The notes: generated from the letters alone by a model not told the origin. DNA of 64,000 bases from Chiloscyllium plagiosum (GCF_004010195.1 NC_057718.1:23662532-23726531), one strand, 5' to 3'; positions 23,415 through 37,225 are shown, numbered from the stretch's first letter. Translations and numbers: made by a program.

Positions 23415-23785
23415 ATAGCATGGTAGTAATGTAACTGCATTAGTAATCCAGAAGCCCAGGTCAATGATCTAAGGACTCATGTCTATATTTCACCATGGAA
23501 GCTGGGGTCGGGGGGGAAGTTGAATCCAATTATTTAAAGCTAGTCTCTGTGATGATGACCATGAAACTACCATCAATTCATGTGAAAACCCATGTACTTC
23601 ACTCTTTGGCCACTGTGGAAAGAAATGTGCCATCCTTACCTGGGACTGGCCTCCATATGACTCCAGACCCACATGGTTAACTCTTATCTGCCCTCTGAAA
23701 TGGCTCTCATCTCAAGGGCAATCAGGGATGGGAAACTAACACTGTATCTGGCAAATGATACCCACATTCCACAGAAGAATAAAGA
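23415..23785 (+). mobile_element. tRNA-derived SINE sharing its 3' end with an L2/CR1-group LINE
   Basis: tagtaatccaga…caccatgg…tgactccagacccac…ctcaagggcaatcagggatggg; related copies at 33220-33430, 47385-47540, 51975-52240 (-) and 54225-54350. Confidence 0.6.
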
Positions 23786-25499
23786 ATCAAAACTCAGATT
23801 TACTTAGTACGTTTAATGTGCTAATGAAACGCATCAAGGTACTTCATAGGAGCATTATAAAACAAATTATGACGTCAAACTACTTAAGTAGACTTTAGCT
23901 CAAGTGTTCAAAAGTTACGTTTCAAAGAGTGCATTACTGAAGCAGAGAGGTTTAGAGAGAGGGTTTCATAGTTTGCAGCGTAGACAACAGCTTGCACAAA
24001 GCAATCAAAAAATTGAAAATGTACATGTATCTGAAATCGGAGGAGTGCAGATAGCTCCGTTTTGTGGAGATGAAAGAGGGTGCCAAATTGTGGAACTTAC
24101 TCCCACGAGGAGTAGTTGTGTCAAGTATAATAATAGAGTTAAGAAGAATCTAGATTAGCACAAGTGTGAAAGCAATAAAGGAATGTGTTGATGGGGTTAA
24201 ATGAACAAGGACAGGAGGAAGCTCATCTAGTGTAATGAAAATCAGCAGAAACCTGTTGGGCCCAATAATCTGTTTCTGGTCTGCATAAACAATAGCACAC
24301 TTCCATTGGATAGAGAAAACATACAACAAAGATTGGAAATACTGTGGAAATGTGGGACCCATGTGTTTTGTTCTTATGAGGTAATGTTCAGTAACAACCA
24401 ATTTTCTGCCCTGTCTTGCTTTCCAGTTAGTTTCACGTCATAATTGTCATTTAATTGACACAGGTTATCACTTGATTAAATGAATAATGTGGCTGCCCAA
24501 TTGCATGACGCAATTTATGGTTCATTCCTGGTAAATTATTGACAGGTTTCTTGCTGGGGCACTAGTTTGCCTCAGTTTTTCTTTTGATGAAGCTCAATCT
24601 TTAGGTGTCAAAGCCCTCTTTGGCCAGTTGTTAAACAGTCTCCATACTCCATTTTGAACTGATGCAGATCAAGCAATTGCCTTTTTTATTTAACTGCCAC
24701 TTAATGCTTATCAGCAACACATGTACAGTTGATTAAGGACTTTGCTACTGGCTCCACTTCAACTGTGAAATCTGACAGAGTGCTGGCATAATAATCATGT
24801 ACCCGAAAATAAATCTGAGAAGCAAACTCACAATGAGATTTCATTGCAGTGTGATATTGCCACAAATATTGGGGATAAGGTGGGATGGCAATGTAGACAG
24901 GCTACTGTGGGAGCTAATATTTTTAATTTACTCTCCTCTTGGTTTCCTGCTGCAGTGTCTGTCTTTGGGAGATCAGGCTAATGATCCATGATGGTGACAT
25001 TTATTTGTCCTCGTAGGAAGCAGTTAGCTTCCAATGAATGTCATGTCACCTGAGTTTTGTGTTCACTTGACTTGGCTGCACAGTTGGTTTGTGATGCAGA
25101 ATGACACCAACAGCATGGGTTCAATTCTCGTACGAGCTGAGATCACCATTTATTTTCTCAACTTCAATCTTTGCCTGAGATGTCATGACTCTCAGGTTAA
25201 ACTGACCACCAGTCATCTCTCTAATCACAGAGTGAGACTTTGGTAACTTCACCTTTAGTCACCAACCAGAATTATTGCTTGAAAGGAGGAGATAGATTCA
25301 ATCATTGCTTTTGAAAGGCAATAAGCTAACCACAGGGAGAGAAAAAAAAAATGCAGGGTTAGAGCAAAGAAGTAGGACTAGCTAATTTGCTCATTCAGGG
25401 AGCTGGCACAGACTTAGTGCCTGTTTTGTACTGTAACATTTCGATGTCGTATAATCATGGTAATTAAGTTCAGCTAATTAAACAAAAAAACGTCTGGAA

Positions 25500-27950
25500 G
25501 GTATGATAAAGGTGACCATAAAACTGATGAATTGTTATAAAAGTTCCAGCTGGATCCGTAATGTCCTTCAGGCAGGAAATTTTGTCATCATTACCTGTTC
25601 TGGCTTATTTGAATCTCCAAACCAACAACAATGTAGTTGATGCATAATTACCATTTTAAATGCTTCGCAAGTAATTCAATTATATCACCCACTATGACTA
25701 TGTATTAGTAAAGCCAGACCATTTGACCCTGACAATTCATCTTCACTAATGTTACGGATTTGTGCCAAAATCAGGAGAGCTGTTCTATAGAGTAATCAAG
25801 AGATTGGCTTGCAGGTATTCGCAATATTATACCTTTATGCCCAATGTCCCAGGCTCTTCCATCACGATCACAGAGGATACTGGAGAAACTCAAGCAATGA
25901 AGAAGAGTCATCCTACACTCTAAATATGATCCTGTTTCTTTCTCCACAGATGTTGCCAGATCTGCTGAGTTTCTCCATTATTCTCTGTGTTGGTTTCAGA
26001 TTTTCAGCATGTGATATTTTGCTTTTCTAACATTCACTATCATGGATAAGTTGCCCTTTACCAAGAGAGGCCACCAGAGGTGGAGCACAAACAGTCAGGC
26101 AGGAGTGCCCTCGGTAGTTCTGAATATTGATTCCCATCCTAGTGAATGGCACCAAGGGTGAACTTCTCATTTTCATCCAGTGCCATCCTCAGACCCTGAA
26201 CTAGTGCTCCTCCAGACTCTGTGGAAGAAGCAGTGAGGCCAGCAAGGGAACAGGAAGTAAGTTGGGTGGGAGACCACAATGTTGACCATCAAAATCAGCT
26301 CAGCAGTTCCACTACTGACCAAATGTCTGAGTGCTAAAGGTCAAGTGTGATAGATACACCTGTGGCAGGTGGTGTAACAACCAACATGAGGAAAAGAACC
26401 TATTTGACATTGTCCTCACCAACCTAGCCATTATACGTACCTCTATCCAATGCTATTTGGTTGGAGTGCCCAAATGAACTCCAATTTCCACATTGGGAAG
26501 CCATCCCTATCAAGGTGAAGGGGAAAGATTTAAAACTGATCTAAGGGGCAACTTTTTCACACGGAGGGTGGTGCATGTATGGAATGAGCTGCCAGGGGAG
26601 ATGGTGGAGACGGATGCAGTTGCAGCATTTAAAAGGTATCTGGATAGATGTATGAATAAGAAGGGTTTCGAGGGATATGGGTCAATTGATGGCATGTGGG
26701 ACAGGATTGATTTAGGATATCTGGTCAGCATGGACTAGTTGGCCTGAAGGGTCTGTTTGTTTGTTGAACATCTGTATGAGTCTTTGACTGCCACAGAACT
26801 AAATGGGATAGATTTCAAACAAATCTAGCAGTTCAAAGTTACACATCCACAAGATGCTATGGCGTGCCACCAGTGGAGAACTGTGCTCATCCACAAGCTG
26901 TAACCTCATGGTTCAACGTGGTGCACCCTCTATTATTACCATCATATCAATGTCCAATACTGGTGAAAGGAGAAGTGTAAGAAAGCACATCAGGGGCAAA
27001 GCCAATCGTTCCTAAAAATGAGATGCCAACCCTGGTAAAGCCATTTGATGGAATCACACACATGCTAAACAATGGAAGTGTGCAACGGAGAAGCCAAGTG
27101 ATCCTGCAACCAAAGAATTAGATCTAAACACTTCAGTTTTTCCACATCTTATTGTGAGTGGTAGTGGACAATTAAGCAACTAATGGGAGGAAGAGGCTGC
27201 AAGAACATCCTCATCTTCAGTAATTATAGAAGCCAACATCTAAGTGCAAATGGAAGCAATTTTTGCAACCAGCTCCAGCCTGAAGTGCTGTATGGGCAAT
27301 CCACCATAGCATCTTCTTATACTCTGCATGATCATAGATATCAGTCTTTAGTCAATTTTATTCATTGCATGTAAAATCCAAAACATGCAGCATGTGCTTA
27401 GATACTGCAAAGTTGGGCCGGGACAGCATCCCAACTACAGAACTGAAGATTTGAGATCCAGATCTAAAGCATGTCAGAACCTGGCTATTCCACAGTGACT
27501 AAGTTGTATCCTGATATCCCAGAGCTTTACCTCAGGGCGCAACTTGGATGGACACAAGTAGCTTACCACAATCCAGGGCAAAGCAGCCAATTAATCAGTA
27601 CCCCATCCACCACCTAAACATTAACTCCCTCCACCCCTGTCACAACTTGGCTGCAGTATGTCATACATGAGAGGCACTACAGTGAGAATTCTGCAGCAGC
27701 AGATCCCAGTCAACAACTCTGCCACCTTGACAAGGGCAGTGGAAGCATGGGGAGACCACGACCTGCAAGTTCCTCATCAAGATACTCACCTTCATGACTT
27801 GTAAACATATCATTGTTCCTTCAGTATTACTGGGGCGAAATCCATCATATCAACACTGCACTACACAGACTACAGCAGTTCACAAAGGCGGCTTCTCAAC
27901 AAAAATTAAGGATGGGTAACAATCCTGGCAGTGCCACTGATGCCCACACT
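25500..27950 (+). mobile_element. Long, heavily decayed L2/CR1-group LINE (endonuclease to 3' end) with nested insertions
   Basis: Relic motifs (PTRGKNLFDIVLTNL-like at ~26380-26430, GPDSIP...LK at ~27415) and a 3' end matching 41490-41670, 42950-43110 and 46470-46700. Confidence 0.55.
26515..26790 (+). mobile_element. CR1/HER1 3' fragment nested in the older LINE
   Basis: GERFKTDLRGNFFTRRVVHVWNELP. Confidence 0.88.
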
Positions 27951-28189
27951 AAATTCAGTCAAAGTAAGTAGTTGCACAAGGGGGTACACTAATCTGAAGA
28001 TAATCATGTGCTAAAGTTACCTTCAAGAAAAGTATTTTCACAATTGTCTGACATGGATTTTCCCTTGGAAGATAATTAGACCAGTTCCTGATTTGACACA
28101 CAGGACAGAGAAGTATGAACTCACGTTAAGAAAATGGTTATATCAGATTCAAATGAGTTGAGTGACGTTTACTTATTCCTAAGTAGCTC

Positions 28190-28600
28190 TCATAGAATCA
28201 GAGCATTTTACAGTCCAGATGATCCCTCATCCCATCGTATCTGTTCTGATTCTCTGAAAGAGCTGTCCAAATGGTTCAATTCTGCTTTTCTCGTATTGCC
28301 CTGTCATTTTCCTTGATTTATGCATTTATCCCATTCCCTTCTGGAAGCTGCTTTTGAATCTGCTTCTACTGCCCTTCTGAGCAGTACATTCCAGATCATC
28401 ATAACTTCGAGCGTAAAAAGGTTCTCTTCATTTTGAAACTACTGTGTTTGTTAATTATCTTAAATCTGTGTGTTTCGGATTGTTGACCCTTCTACCACTG
28501 GAAACAGTCCATCTGTGTTTACTCTATCGAAACCATTCACAAAACTGAACACTTCCATTGAATGTCCTTCTGTGTTCTAATGAGAACAATCCCAATTTTC
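28190..28600 (-). mobile_element. Old CR1 3' fragment
   Basis: catagaatc tail; gcagtacattccagatcat…ttaaatctgtgt…tactctatcgaaaccattca pattern. Confidence 0.65.
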
Positions 28601-30314
28601 TATTGTCTGTCCACCAAATTCTCCTCACTTGCTTTTCACAGATGTTATGTTCGCAACATTTTATGTGTACTTTAGTCTAGGAGAACAGTGTGCTTTGAGA
28701 CAGAAATGTACAGGACACCAGTATTTGGAATTTTGCCAGATTGTCATTGGAGATCAGAGAACAAATTAGATGTGTGTCAGATTAAAGATTCGACTGGGAC
28801 TTGAAGGGCACACCTTCTTTTCTGGGTCAATGCTCTATCCCACTTTCTGAAAAGCATGGAATTGGGAGAGATAAAAATGACTTCCATTAATATAACATTT
28901 CTCACGGTCTCATAACTAGACCTCTCCATGCATTCTACAGCAAATGGGTTACATTTGTGTGTAATTGATTGATGGATAAATATTGGGCGCTTGGATTAGT
29001 TCACCTGCGCTTCTTCAAAAGAGTATCTCAGGATTTTCCAGATCAGCACCTCAGTTTATGATCTCATTTTTAGATATGAGCAACAAGAGTAGGCCACTTG
29101 GCCCCTCGTGCCTCATTCTGCTCCACTTTTCACAAAATAGACATCTCCAACAGTGCAACTCCCTCACTACTAATCTGGATCACTGGCCGTCATTTCTGTG
29201 CTCCAGTCCTGGAGTGGAATTTGAAGGGTGTGACACAAAGAAAAGGCTGCTACCAACTCAACAGTCATTACATAGCTCAATGTTTTAGCGTTTCAGTGAT
29301 CAATTTCCCTGAAAAAATTTCCCTGACGAAAAAAGGCAGGATCTACAACAAACAGGCATTCCAATTAACACTAGTTATATAATTAACTTTGCCCATTACT
29401 TTTAATAACAGAGAATGACAATGTTGTTCCAGCATAATCCTACAAAAGCAAACTGAGGTTTCTTAGGCACTGAATGGACTGTATAGTACTCCTCATTTAA
29501 GGTTATTTGAATAATACTGACAGACATAGCTCCTTGCTAATGAAGGAATTTTACTGTACCCTACTTGATAGTGTGCAGTCTTTCACAAAGCTGCTGACGA
29601 GGATGTCCTGAGTCCAATCAGTGAGGAATTTGAGAGAGATCTTTGCAATCTCACAAAGGTTAATGGCATCGTGATTCAGAATATATTCCCATCCAGTTTG
29701 CTGATTATTTCCCTGAGACTATAGCATTCCATTTGTGGTTTCTTCTGTGTCCTGTTATAAATAGTTCTTTTGATAGCAATAATGAAGTCAGCAAAATGGC
29801 AGAATTTGGGAGGGGGTGCAAAAGTAAAGGTTTACAATCTGCTACAATGGTACAACACCTAATTTTCTGCTTAGAGTCTTGACAGCATCCAGGATTCAAT
29901 GTTGAATTCCACAACTTCAGAGTATGACCTCTGTCCTCCGTTTTTCTGATATTTCCCACACTCCCCTGGCCTGTCTTGTTTGTGTCATGATGGTTTTATC
30001 TCAGTGGAGCGGAACCATTTGCTCCTTTCCAGACTTTTCCTTACACCCATTTTCCATCTCCATCTCTTGAAGAGTCTGTTTCTGCACTGTATAACTAGAT
30101 GATTCTATGATTCTATTTCCATTATCACTCTCTTTGTCTTTCTGGGCACCTCACCATCTGTTATATCTGCTTTTTCTCTATCAGCACCATAAACGAAATA
30201 CCATTTTCCAGCTCCTCTCATTTCAGAAGAGGAGTCACATCAGACTCAAAATGTTAACTCTCCTATCTTCACAGATGCTGCCAGACCTGCTGAGTCTGTT
30301 CCACATTTTGTGAA

Positions 30315-30712
30315 GATTAGATTAGATTCCCTACAGTGTGGAAACAGGCACTTCGGCCCAACCAGTCCACACCGACCCTTCGAAGAGTAACCCACCCAGA
30401 CCCATTTCCCTCTGACTAATGCACCTAACATTATGGGCAATTTAGCATGACCAATTCACCTGACCTGCACATCTTTGGATTGTGGGAGGAAACTGGAGCA
30501 CCCAAAGGAAACCCACGCAGACACAGGAAGAATTTGCTGCTCCTCGGATGCTGCCTGAACTGTTGTGCTCTTCCAACACCACTAATCCAAAATCTGGTTT
30601 CCAGCATCTGCAGTCATTGTTTTTACCAAACTCCACACAGACAGTCAGCCGAGGCTGGTATCGAACCTGGGACCTGATGCTGTGAAGCAGCAGTGCTAAC
30701 CACTGAGCCACC
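30315..30712 (-). mobile_element. HE1-type SINE, itself interrupted by a Penelope-like fragment (30531-30627)
   Basis: (gatta)n tail, gggcaatttagcatg, and tRNA head ending gctaaccactgagccacc; near-TSD gttccacatt 30298 / gttctacatt 30713. Confidence 0.9.
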
Positions 30713-31177
30713 GTTCTACATTCATTTCAGATTTCCAGCATATGCGGCATTTGCTCTCCTTACAGCAGCTAAGGTCAGGGGAGATTTGATAGAGGTGTTC
30801 ATCTTCACAAAGATGATCATAAAATGAAAGAGTAAAGCGCAAATGTTTCCACTGGCAGGAGGATTAGTAAGCACAAATTGGAAAAAGGAAAAGAGGCAAT
30901 AGAAAGATGAAAAATTGCTGTCAGTAACCACAGTGTGGAGTATCCTTAAAAATACGATGGAAGCAAATTCAATAATAACATTCGAAAATGAAGTTGAGAT
31001 GGATTCTCACAGCAATGGGGAATGGAACTCATTAGATTGTTTTATCAAAAAGAAAACACACGACTTTTTGCCAAATGTGCTGTATGGTTCTGTTAATCAT
31101 CTCTTCCAATTTTGATCCTGAATATGTGTTTTTGAAATCAAAGGATCAAGCTTCCATTATACTCCAAGCACAGTACA

Positions 31178-33109
31178 TTGGTACCTGTCAGGCAGGGAGG
31201 AAAGGGTCGTGCGAGGGAGCCGTGGTTTAATAAGGAATTGGAATCCCTTGTTAAATGGAAGAGGGCAGCCTATCTCAAGATGAGACGTGAAGGTTCAATT
31301 GGGGCGATTGAGAGTTATAGGGTAGCCAGGAAGGACCTGAAGAGAGAGCTAAGAGCAGCAAGGAGGGGACATGAAAGGTCCTTAGTCGGTAGGATTAGGG
31401 AAAACCCTAAGGCTTTCTATAGGTATGTTAGGAATAAAAGAATGACTAGGGTAGGAATAGGTCCAGTCAAGGATAGTAGGGGGAAGTTGCGTGTGGAGGC
31501 GGAAGAGATTGGGGAGACACTGAATGAATACTTTTCTTCAGTATTCACTCAGGAACAGGGCATTGTTGTCGATGAGAATACTGAGGCACAAATAAGTAGA
31601 ATGGATGGCTTTGAGGTATGTAGAGAAGAGGTGTTGGAAATCCTGGAAAAGGTGAAAATAGATAAGTCCCCTGGGCCTGATGGCATTTATCCTAGGATTC
31701 TCTGGGAAGCAAGGGAGGAGATTGCAGAGCCATTGGCCTTGATTTTTATGTCCTCTTTGTCTACAGGAGTAGTCTCAGAAGACTGGAGGATAGCAAATGT
31801 GGTTCCCTTGTTCAAAGAGGGGAGTAGGGATAGCCCTAGTAACTATAGGCCGGTGAGTCTCACTTCTGTTGTGGGCAAAGTCTTAGAGAGAATTGTAAGG
31901 GATAGGATTTATGCACATCTGGATAGGAATAATGTGATCAAGGATAGTCAGCATGGTTTTGTGAAGGGCAGGTCGTGCCTCACAAACCTTATTGAATTCT
32001 TTGAAAAGGTGACGAAGGAGGTTGATGAGGGGAAAGCGGTAGATGTGGTATATATGGATTTTAGTAAGGCGTTTGATAAGGTTCCCCATGGTAGGCTACT
32101 GCAGAAAATACGGAGATATGGCATTGAGGGTGAGTTGGAGGTTTGGATTAGGAATTGGCTGGGTGGAAGAAGACAGAGGGTAGTAGTTGATGGTAAAGGT
32201 TCATCTTGGAGTGCCGTTACTAGCGGTGTTCCGCAAGGATCTGTTTTGGGACCATTGCTGTTTGTCATTTTTATAAATGACCTGGAAGAGGGGTTAGAAG
32301 GTTGGGTGAGCAAGTTTGCGGATGATACGAAAGTCGGAGGAGTTGTTGACAGTGAGGAAGGATGTGGCAGGTTACAGCAGGATATAGAGAAGCTGCAGAG
32401 CTGGGCAGAAAGGTGGCAAATGGAATTCAATGTAGCTAAGTGTGAGGTGATTCACTTTGGGAAGAATAACAAAAAGATGGGGTACTGGGCTAATGGTCGG
32501 ATACTTGGTAGTGTGGATGAGCAGAGGGATCTTGGTGTCCATGTACACAGATCTTTGAAAGTTGCCACCCAGGTAAATAGTGCGGTGAGGAAGGCATATG
32601 GCGTACTGGCTTTTATTGGTAGAGGAATTGAGTTCCGGAGTCCTGAGGTCATGTTGCAGTTGTATAGTACTCTGGTGCGGCCGCATCTGGAGTATTGTGT
32701 GCAATTTTGGTCGCCATACTATAGGTAGGATGTGGAGGCACTGGAATGGGTGCAGAGGAGGTTTACCAGGATGTTGCCTGGTATGGTAGGAAGTTCGTAT
32801 GAGGAAAGGCTGAGGCACTTGGGGTTGTTTTCATTGGAGAAAAGAAGGTTTAGGGGTGACTTGATGATTAGGGGTTTAGATAGGGTTGACCATGAGAACC
32901 TTTTTCCATGTATGGAGTCAGCTATTACGAGGGGGCATAGCTTTAAATTAAGGGGGGGTAGATATAGGACTGAAGTTAGGGGTAGGTTCTTCACTCAGCG
33001 AGTCGTAAGTTCATGGAATGCCCTGCCAGTAGCAGTGGTGGACTCTCCCTCTTTATGGGCATTTAAGCGGGCATTGGATAGGTATATGGAGGATAGTGGG
33101 TTAGTATAG
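31178..33109 (+). pseudogene. CR1 ORF2 reverse transcriptase, 5'-truncated, premature TAG at 32726-32728
   Basis: KSPGPDG, NYRPVSLTSVVGK, QHGF, DFSKAFDKVPH, GVPQGSVLGPLLF and KFADD in the 516-aa ORF; continues in frame at 32732-33109. Confidence 0.95.
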
Positions 33110-33196
33110 GTTAGGTGGGCTTGGATCGGCGCAACATCGAGGGCCAAAGGGCCTGTACTGCGCTGTATTCTTCTATGTTCTATGTTCTATGTTCTA
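31178..33196 (+). mobile_element. Young CR1 LINE, 5'-truncated (no endonuclease), with (ttctatg)n tail
   Basis: Long clean ORF2 reading frame plus 3' UTR and tail repeat at 33168-33196. Confidence 0.97.
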
Positions 33197-35034
33197 AACT
33201 GCATTTCCTCATTGGAGTGGAGGTGATGGCCTAGTGGTGTGATCACTGGACTGTTAATCCAGAGACCCAGCTAATGTTCCGGATACCTGGGTTTGAATCT
33301 TGCCATGGCTAATGGTAAAGTTTGAATTCAATTTTCAAAAATCTGGTTGACTCTTAACTACCCTCTGAGCAATTAGCAGTGGGTAATAAATGCTGGTCCA
33401 AGCCAGTGGCACTAAGCCTATGAGTGAAAAGAAAAGATGCTTTCTAAGTGAAACTAGAGTTTGCAGATGATTTGGAGCACTTCATTGCTAATTCCAACCA
33501 TATGAGCCCACACTTTTATTGACAAGTTACAAGAAATTTCCTGATTTGACATGTCGACCACGTTGCAATTTTACACTTTGCTTCTGTGACCATTTTAATT
33601 CAATGAGCTGAATGTCCATTCATCTATTTTGCAAATAAAATGAGTTGCAGTGCCTGACCTGACAATATTTAAAATTAAAGCCCAGAGGCATTTCTACAAC
33701 ATTGTATCAACAATTATCTCTTCTGAATTCTCGAATTAAAAAGAATACAGAAATAGGCATGCAATTTCCGAAGAATAGGAAACCTCTACCACCCCATTGT
33801 CTCTTGGGGATGCATGAGGTGGGGCAGTGCACGGGAGAGTGCGGTAGTTGGATCATGGTAAAAGCAACTTAGTGAAGATAGAAGTGAGAGAATTTTCAAA
33901 TCCAACACAGGCTATAATTGCTAATGAAATGCGAAATGCATATCAAAACCAGAAAATATAATTCAATCTGAATTAGGATGAGGGACAATAGGCCCTACAA
34001 AACTTTGCTGACTTGTTGTTTTAGTTCACACTCTTCATTCATTATGGACAGGAACTTTGTTGTCTGCACCTGACCTAAATAGATCATGTTTTTGCAACAT
34101 TTTTTTTCTGGGATGCATTCAAGATTGTTTGTATCAATCTGGCAACAGTAATGCAAATACTTGCGTGAAAATGTATTAGTTTCAAAAACGTTTTTGCCCT
34201 ATTTTCCTGAGTCACTCATTTATTGATATTTAATACAACAGTTGAAATGAGCTTTCTTTCAGTCCCTCATTCCAGTCCAGCCTCCTTGTATACGCAATGT
34301 AGTTTTTATGATTTCCTTTAGATACTGTGGAGATTTTTCCTAGTAATGTCCACAAGTTCTTTGAATGTTGCTTCATAGGTTAGTTAACTTTCAGAAATAT
34401 GAAATCTTATTTTACATTTAATAGTTATACTCACTGTGGCTGTCTGAATGAAAAAAAAATGATAGTTATAAGCAGTTGAAAATACCCAAAGTGCTCCTAG
34501 TGCAGTCTTAGTCTCCAGTCAGAGAAGACATTGAGTTTACATCAAGTTCACAGCGGCATGCCAGGCTAACTGAAAACTGTCACAATTATAGCGAGAAGAC
34601 GTGAAAGCCATTTTCTACTAGTACACCTTCATCCAGCTTAAGTAGCCAAGCTGCTCACTATGATTTGGTCTGGGGCTATCTCAATCCAGGTCTCAACACA
34701 TCAGTGAAGCACCAGTAGTCTTAATTATTAACCTTGTGCTGAATATGTTACGTGGTCTATTTGGTATTCTCCATCAACAATCATATATTTTTCAAGTCTT
34801 TTTTTGGGGAGAATGCTTGGATATTTTGCCCAGCCCTTACATTGATATCTTTGTCAGCATTTCCTCTTCCACATCTTCCCACCAAGCCTCCAACACACCT
34901 CTGGACCCTCAATCACTTTTTGTGTCTCCATATTCGTCCGCAGAGTGAAACTTCCATCATAATGAACAATATTGCTGAGATTTTGTACATACGTTTTCCT
35001 TTGACTATTTGGGTTAAGTTAGCTCCCAGCCTTA

Positions 35035-35125
35035 TTCCTGATGAAGGGCTCCTACCTGAAATGTCAATTTTCCTGCTCCTGGGATGCTGCCCGACCTGCT
35101 TTTCCAGCACCACTCTAATCTTGAA
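35035..35125 (+). mobile_element. Short Penelope-like terminus
   Basis: attcctgatgaagggctcctacctgaaatgtc…gatgctgcc…ttccagcaccact. Confidence 0.75.
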
Positions 35126-35224
35126 CTTAATCTAGAGCGGTCTGGTCCCTCCAATGGGATTTAACTTCGCTCCTGAGGATATGTGTTTTAGCGAAATCTT
35201 GCTTCAGGAAAGACAACACAGAAG

Positions 35225-35420
35225 TGGTTAGTTAGCTCAGTTGGCTGAATGGCAGACTTGCAATGCAGCAGGCATTATTGGTTTGGGTTCAATTCCTGTA
35301 CTAGTTGAGGTCACCATGATGGTATTGTTTTCTCAACCCTTGTCCGTTGTCTGAGATGTGTGGTGATCCTCAGGTTAAAGTCACCACCAGTTGTCTCTGT
35401 CTAACAGAAGAGCTGCCCTC
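35225..35420 (+). mobile_element. tRNA-headed SINE relic
   Basis: A box tagctcagttgg, B box gggttcaattcc, and ctcaggttaaa…caccagt; related copy at 25065-25250. Confidence 0.6.
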
Positions 35421-35443
35421 TTTGACAATGGTGATTTTACGCC

Positions 35444-35530
35444 GTTAAAAATCACTCAACACCAGGTTATAGTCCAACAGATTTATTTGGAAGCACTAGT
35501 TTTCGGAGTGCTGCTCCTTCAACAGGTGAT
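35444..35530 (-). mobile_element. Short Penelope-like terminus
   Basis: Same as 17155-17240; flanked by a gtgatttta duplication (35431 and 35532). Confidence 0.8.
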
Positions 35531-36839
35531 TGTGATTTTACTTAAACTCTTCAGGAAAAAAATCTTTTTATTCCAAAAAGGATACTTACAAGCGCTTGTA
35601 TTTCCTCAGTGTTAATAGTAATACATTATGAAGCAAGAGGGCTCAGGGACAGCTGACACACTTTGGACAGATGTTTTAAACAAATGGCAACCATTGGGGT
35701 GCTTTTGAATTTACTGTTGCATTTCCCAGCCTTGAGCTTCATTGTATTCATTGGGTAATATTCACTGGATGATATCGATGATATAAATATGCATATTCAA
35801 ATAAGATAACGAAAAACCCAGTTGTTTTGCTGTTTTAATGCAAATTTTAAATTCTGGTAGAGTTAAAACTATCTTTAATGCAGCAACTGAAAGATTTCTG
35901 TTCCAGTGAAATGCAGACGTTGTTAAACAGTTTGCTCTAAACAATACTGGCGAGCTATTCATTCACACTATATTAGATTCAAACTTCCTCAATGAAGAGT
36001 CAAATTTCCAACCAGTGCAGCAATTTCAATATTGTATAGTTGGAAAATGTACTTATGTAATAATTTATTATTTCTAAGTAGCTGAAGCAATGGGGTCCAG
36101 TTAGCATCAATGGCTAGTGTGTGGATGTGCTTAACACCAACAGATTGGGGTTTGACCCCCTTTCCAGCTGAGGGAAACCTGGGAACTGCCTCTTTGCCCT
36201 ACCCATAGTGAAAAACCATGGCACTTTGCCGTGGTTCAATTAACTGCTCAGGATCTGTCTTCATTCTGAGACTGAAGAAGCTCCATTGACCTTGAGAAAT
36301 CATTGTGATTCTTTGTGTCGAAATTTAACATCAGTACTGACACAAAAGAGACAATAAGTTTCACACTGCAACTCATTTTCTTTACCATGTCACTGTTGTA
36401 CTGCATTTAAATATTCTGGTGAAGGCGTGATCAAGACACAGTTATTATTCGTCACAATTTCAGTCCCATCGATACTTGTTCAGTTCTTTTTTAGACTGTT
36501 ACTGTAATAACAAAGCTTAAACAATGCTGATTGCACAATGATTAATTGACATCACATTGTTCCGTAAGCATTAATTGGGCCTGGTTATTTTCAGATGAGC
36601 TTGAAGATATTGCATTACACTTTCAGTCCTGTATGTCGAGCTTTTCAAAATTGTACAAGCTAGTAAGTCATCCCAGCACGTATATCATATTTTCTTCGTT
36701 TTAAAACTTGTAAATATCCACACCAAACTTCAGACAAAACCAAGTCTTAACAGCAGCATTTTTATGAGTGGTATGTAAAATTTGTGGCTGTAATTTTCTG
36801 CAAGCTTTCGGACCTTGATATCTGACTGAAAATTGGTAC

Positions 36840-37225
36840 TCATAAAGCCATAATACGTAGAAGCAGAATTAGGCCATTCAGCCCATCAACTCTGCTCCGC
36901 CATTCAATGAAAGATTGTGTTTCTCAACTCGATGTTCTTGCCTTCTCACCGCTACCCTTGATCCCCTTACTTATTAAGAACCTCCCCTTACTTATTAAGA
37001 ACCTATCTATCTCTGTCTTAAATACACTTAATGACTTGGCCTCCACAGCTGTCTGTGGCAATGAGTTCCACGGATTCCCCACCCTCTGGCTGAAGAAATT
37101 CCTCCTTCTTCTAAAGGGTCATCCCTTCACTCTGACGCTGTGCCCTCATGTCCTAGTCTCTCCTACTAGTGGAAACATGGTGTTCACGTCCACTCTATCC
37201 AGGCCTCTTTGTCTTCTGTAAGTTT
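36840..37225 (-). mobile_element. CR1 3' fragment with internal 20-bp tandem duplication
   Basis: CR1 3' end reverse complement; ccccttacttattaagaacct occurs twice at ~36963-37003. Confidence 0.85.

Noticed and set aside
30640..30712. tRNA gene (A/B boxes)
   Set aside because: It is the tRNA-derived head of an HE1 SINE; likewise 35225-35300, 53070-53137 and 60680-60742.
31178..32728. Intact or domesticated RT gene
   Set aside because: No true start (5'-truncated), no endonuclease, a premature stop, and a standard CR1 tail.
31883..32994. Minus-strand ORFs up to 160 aa
   Set aside because: Antisense shadows of the CR1 RT; the same applies to 4048-4311, 20733-21479, 41823-42458 and 59185-59549.
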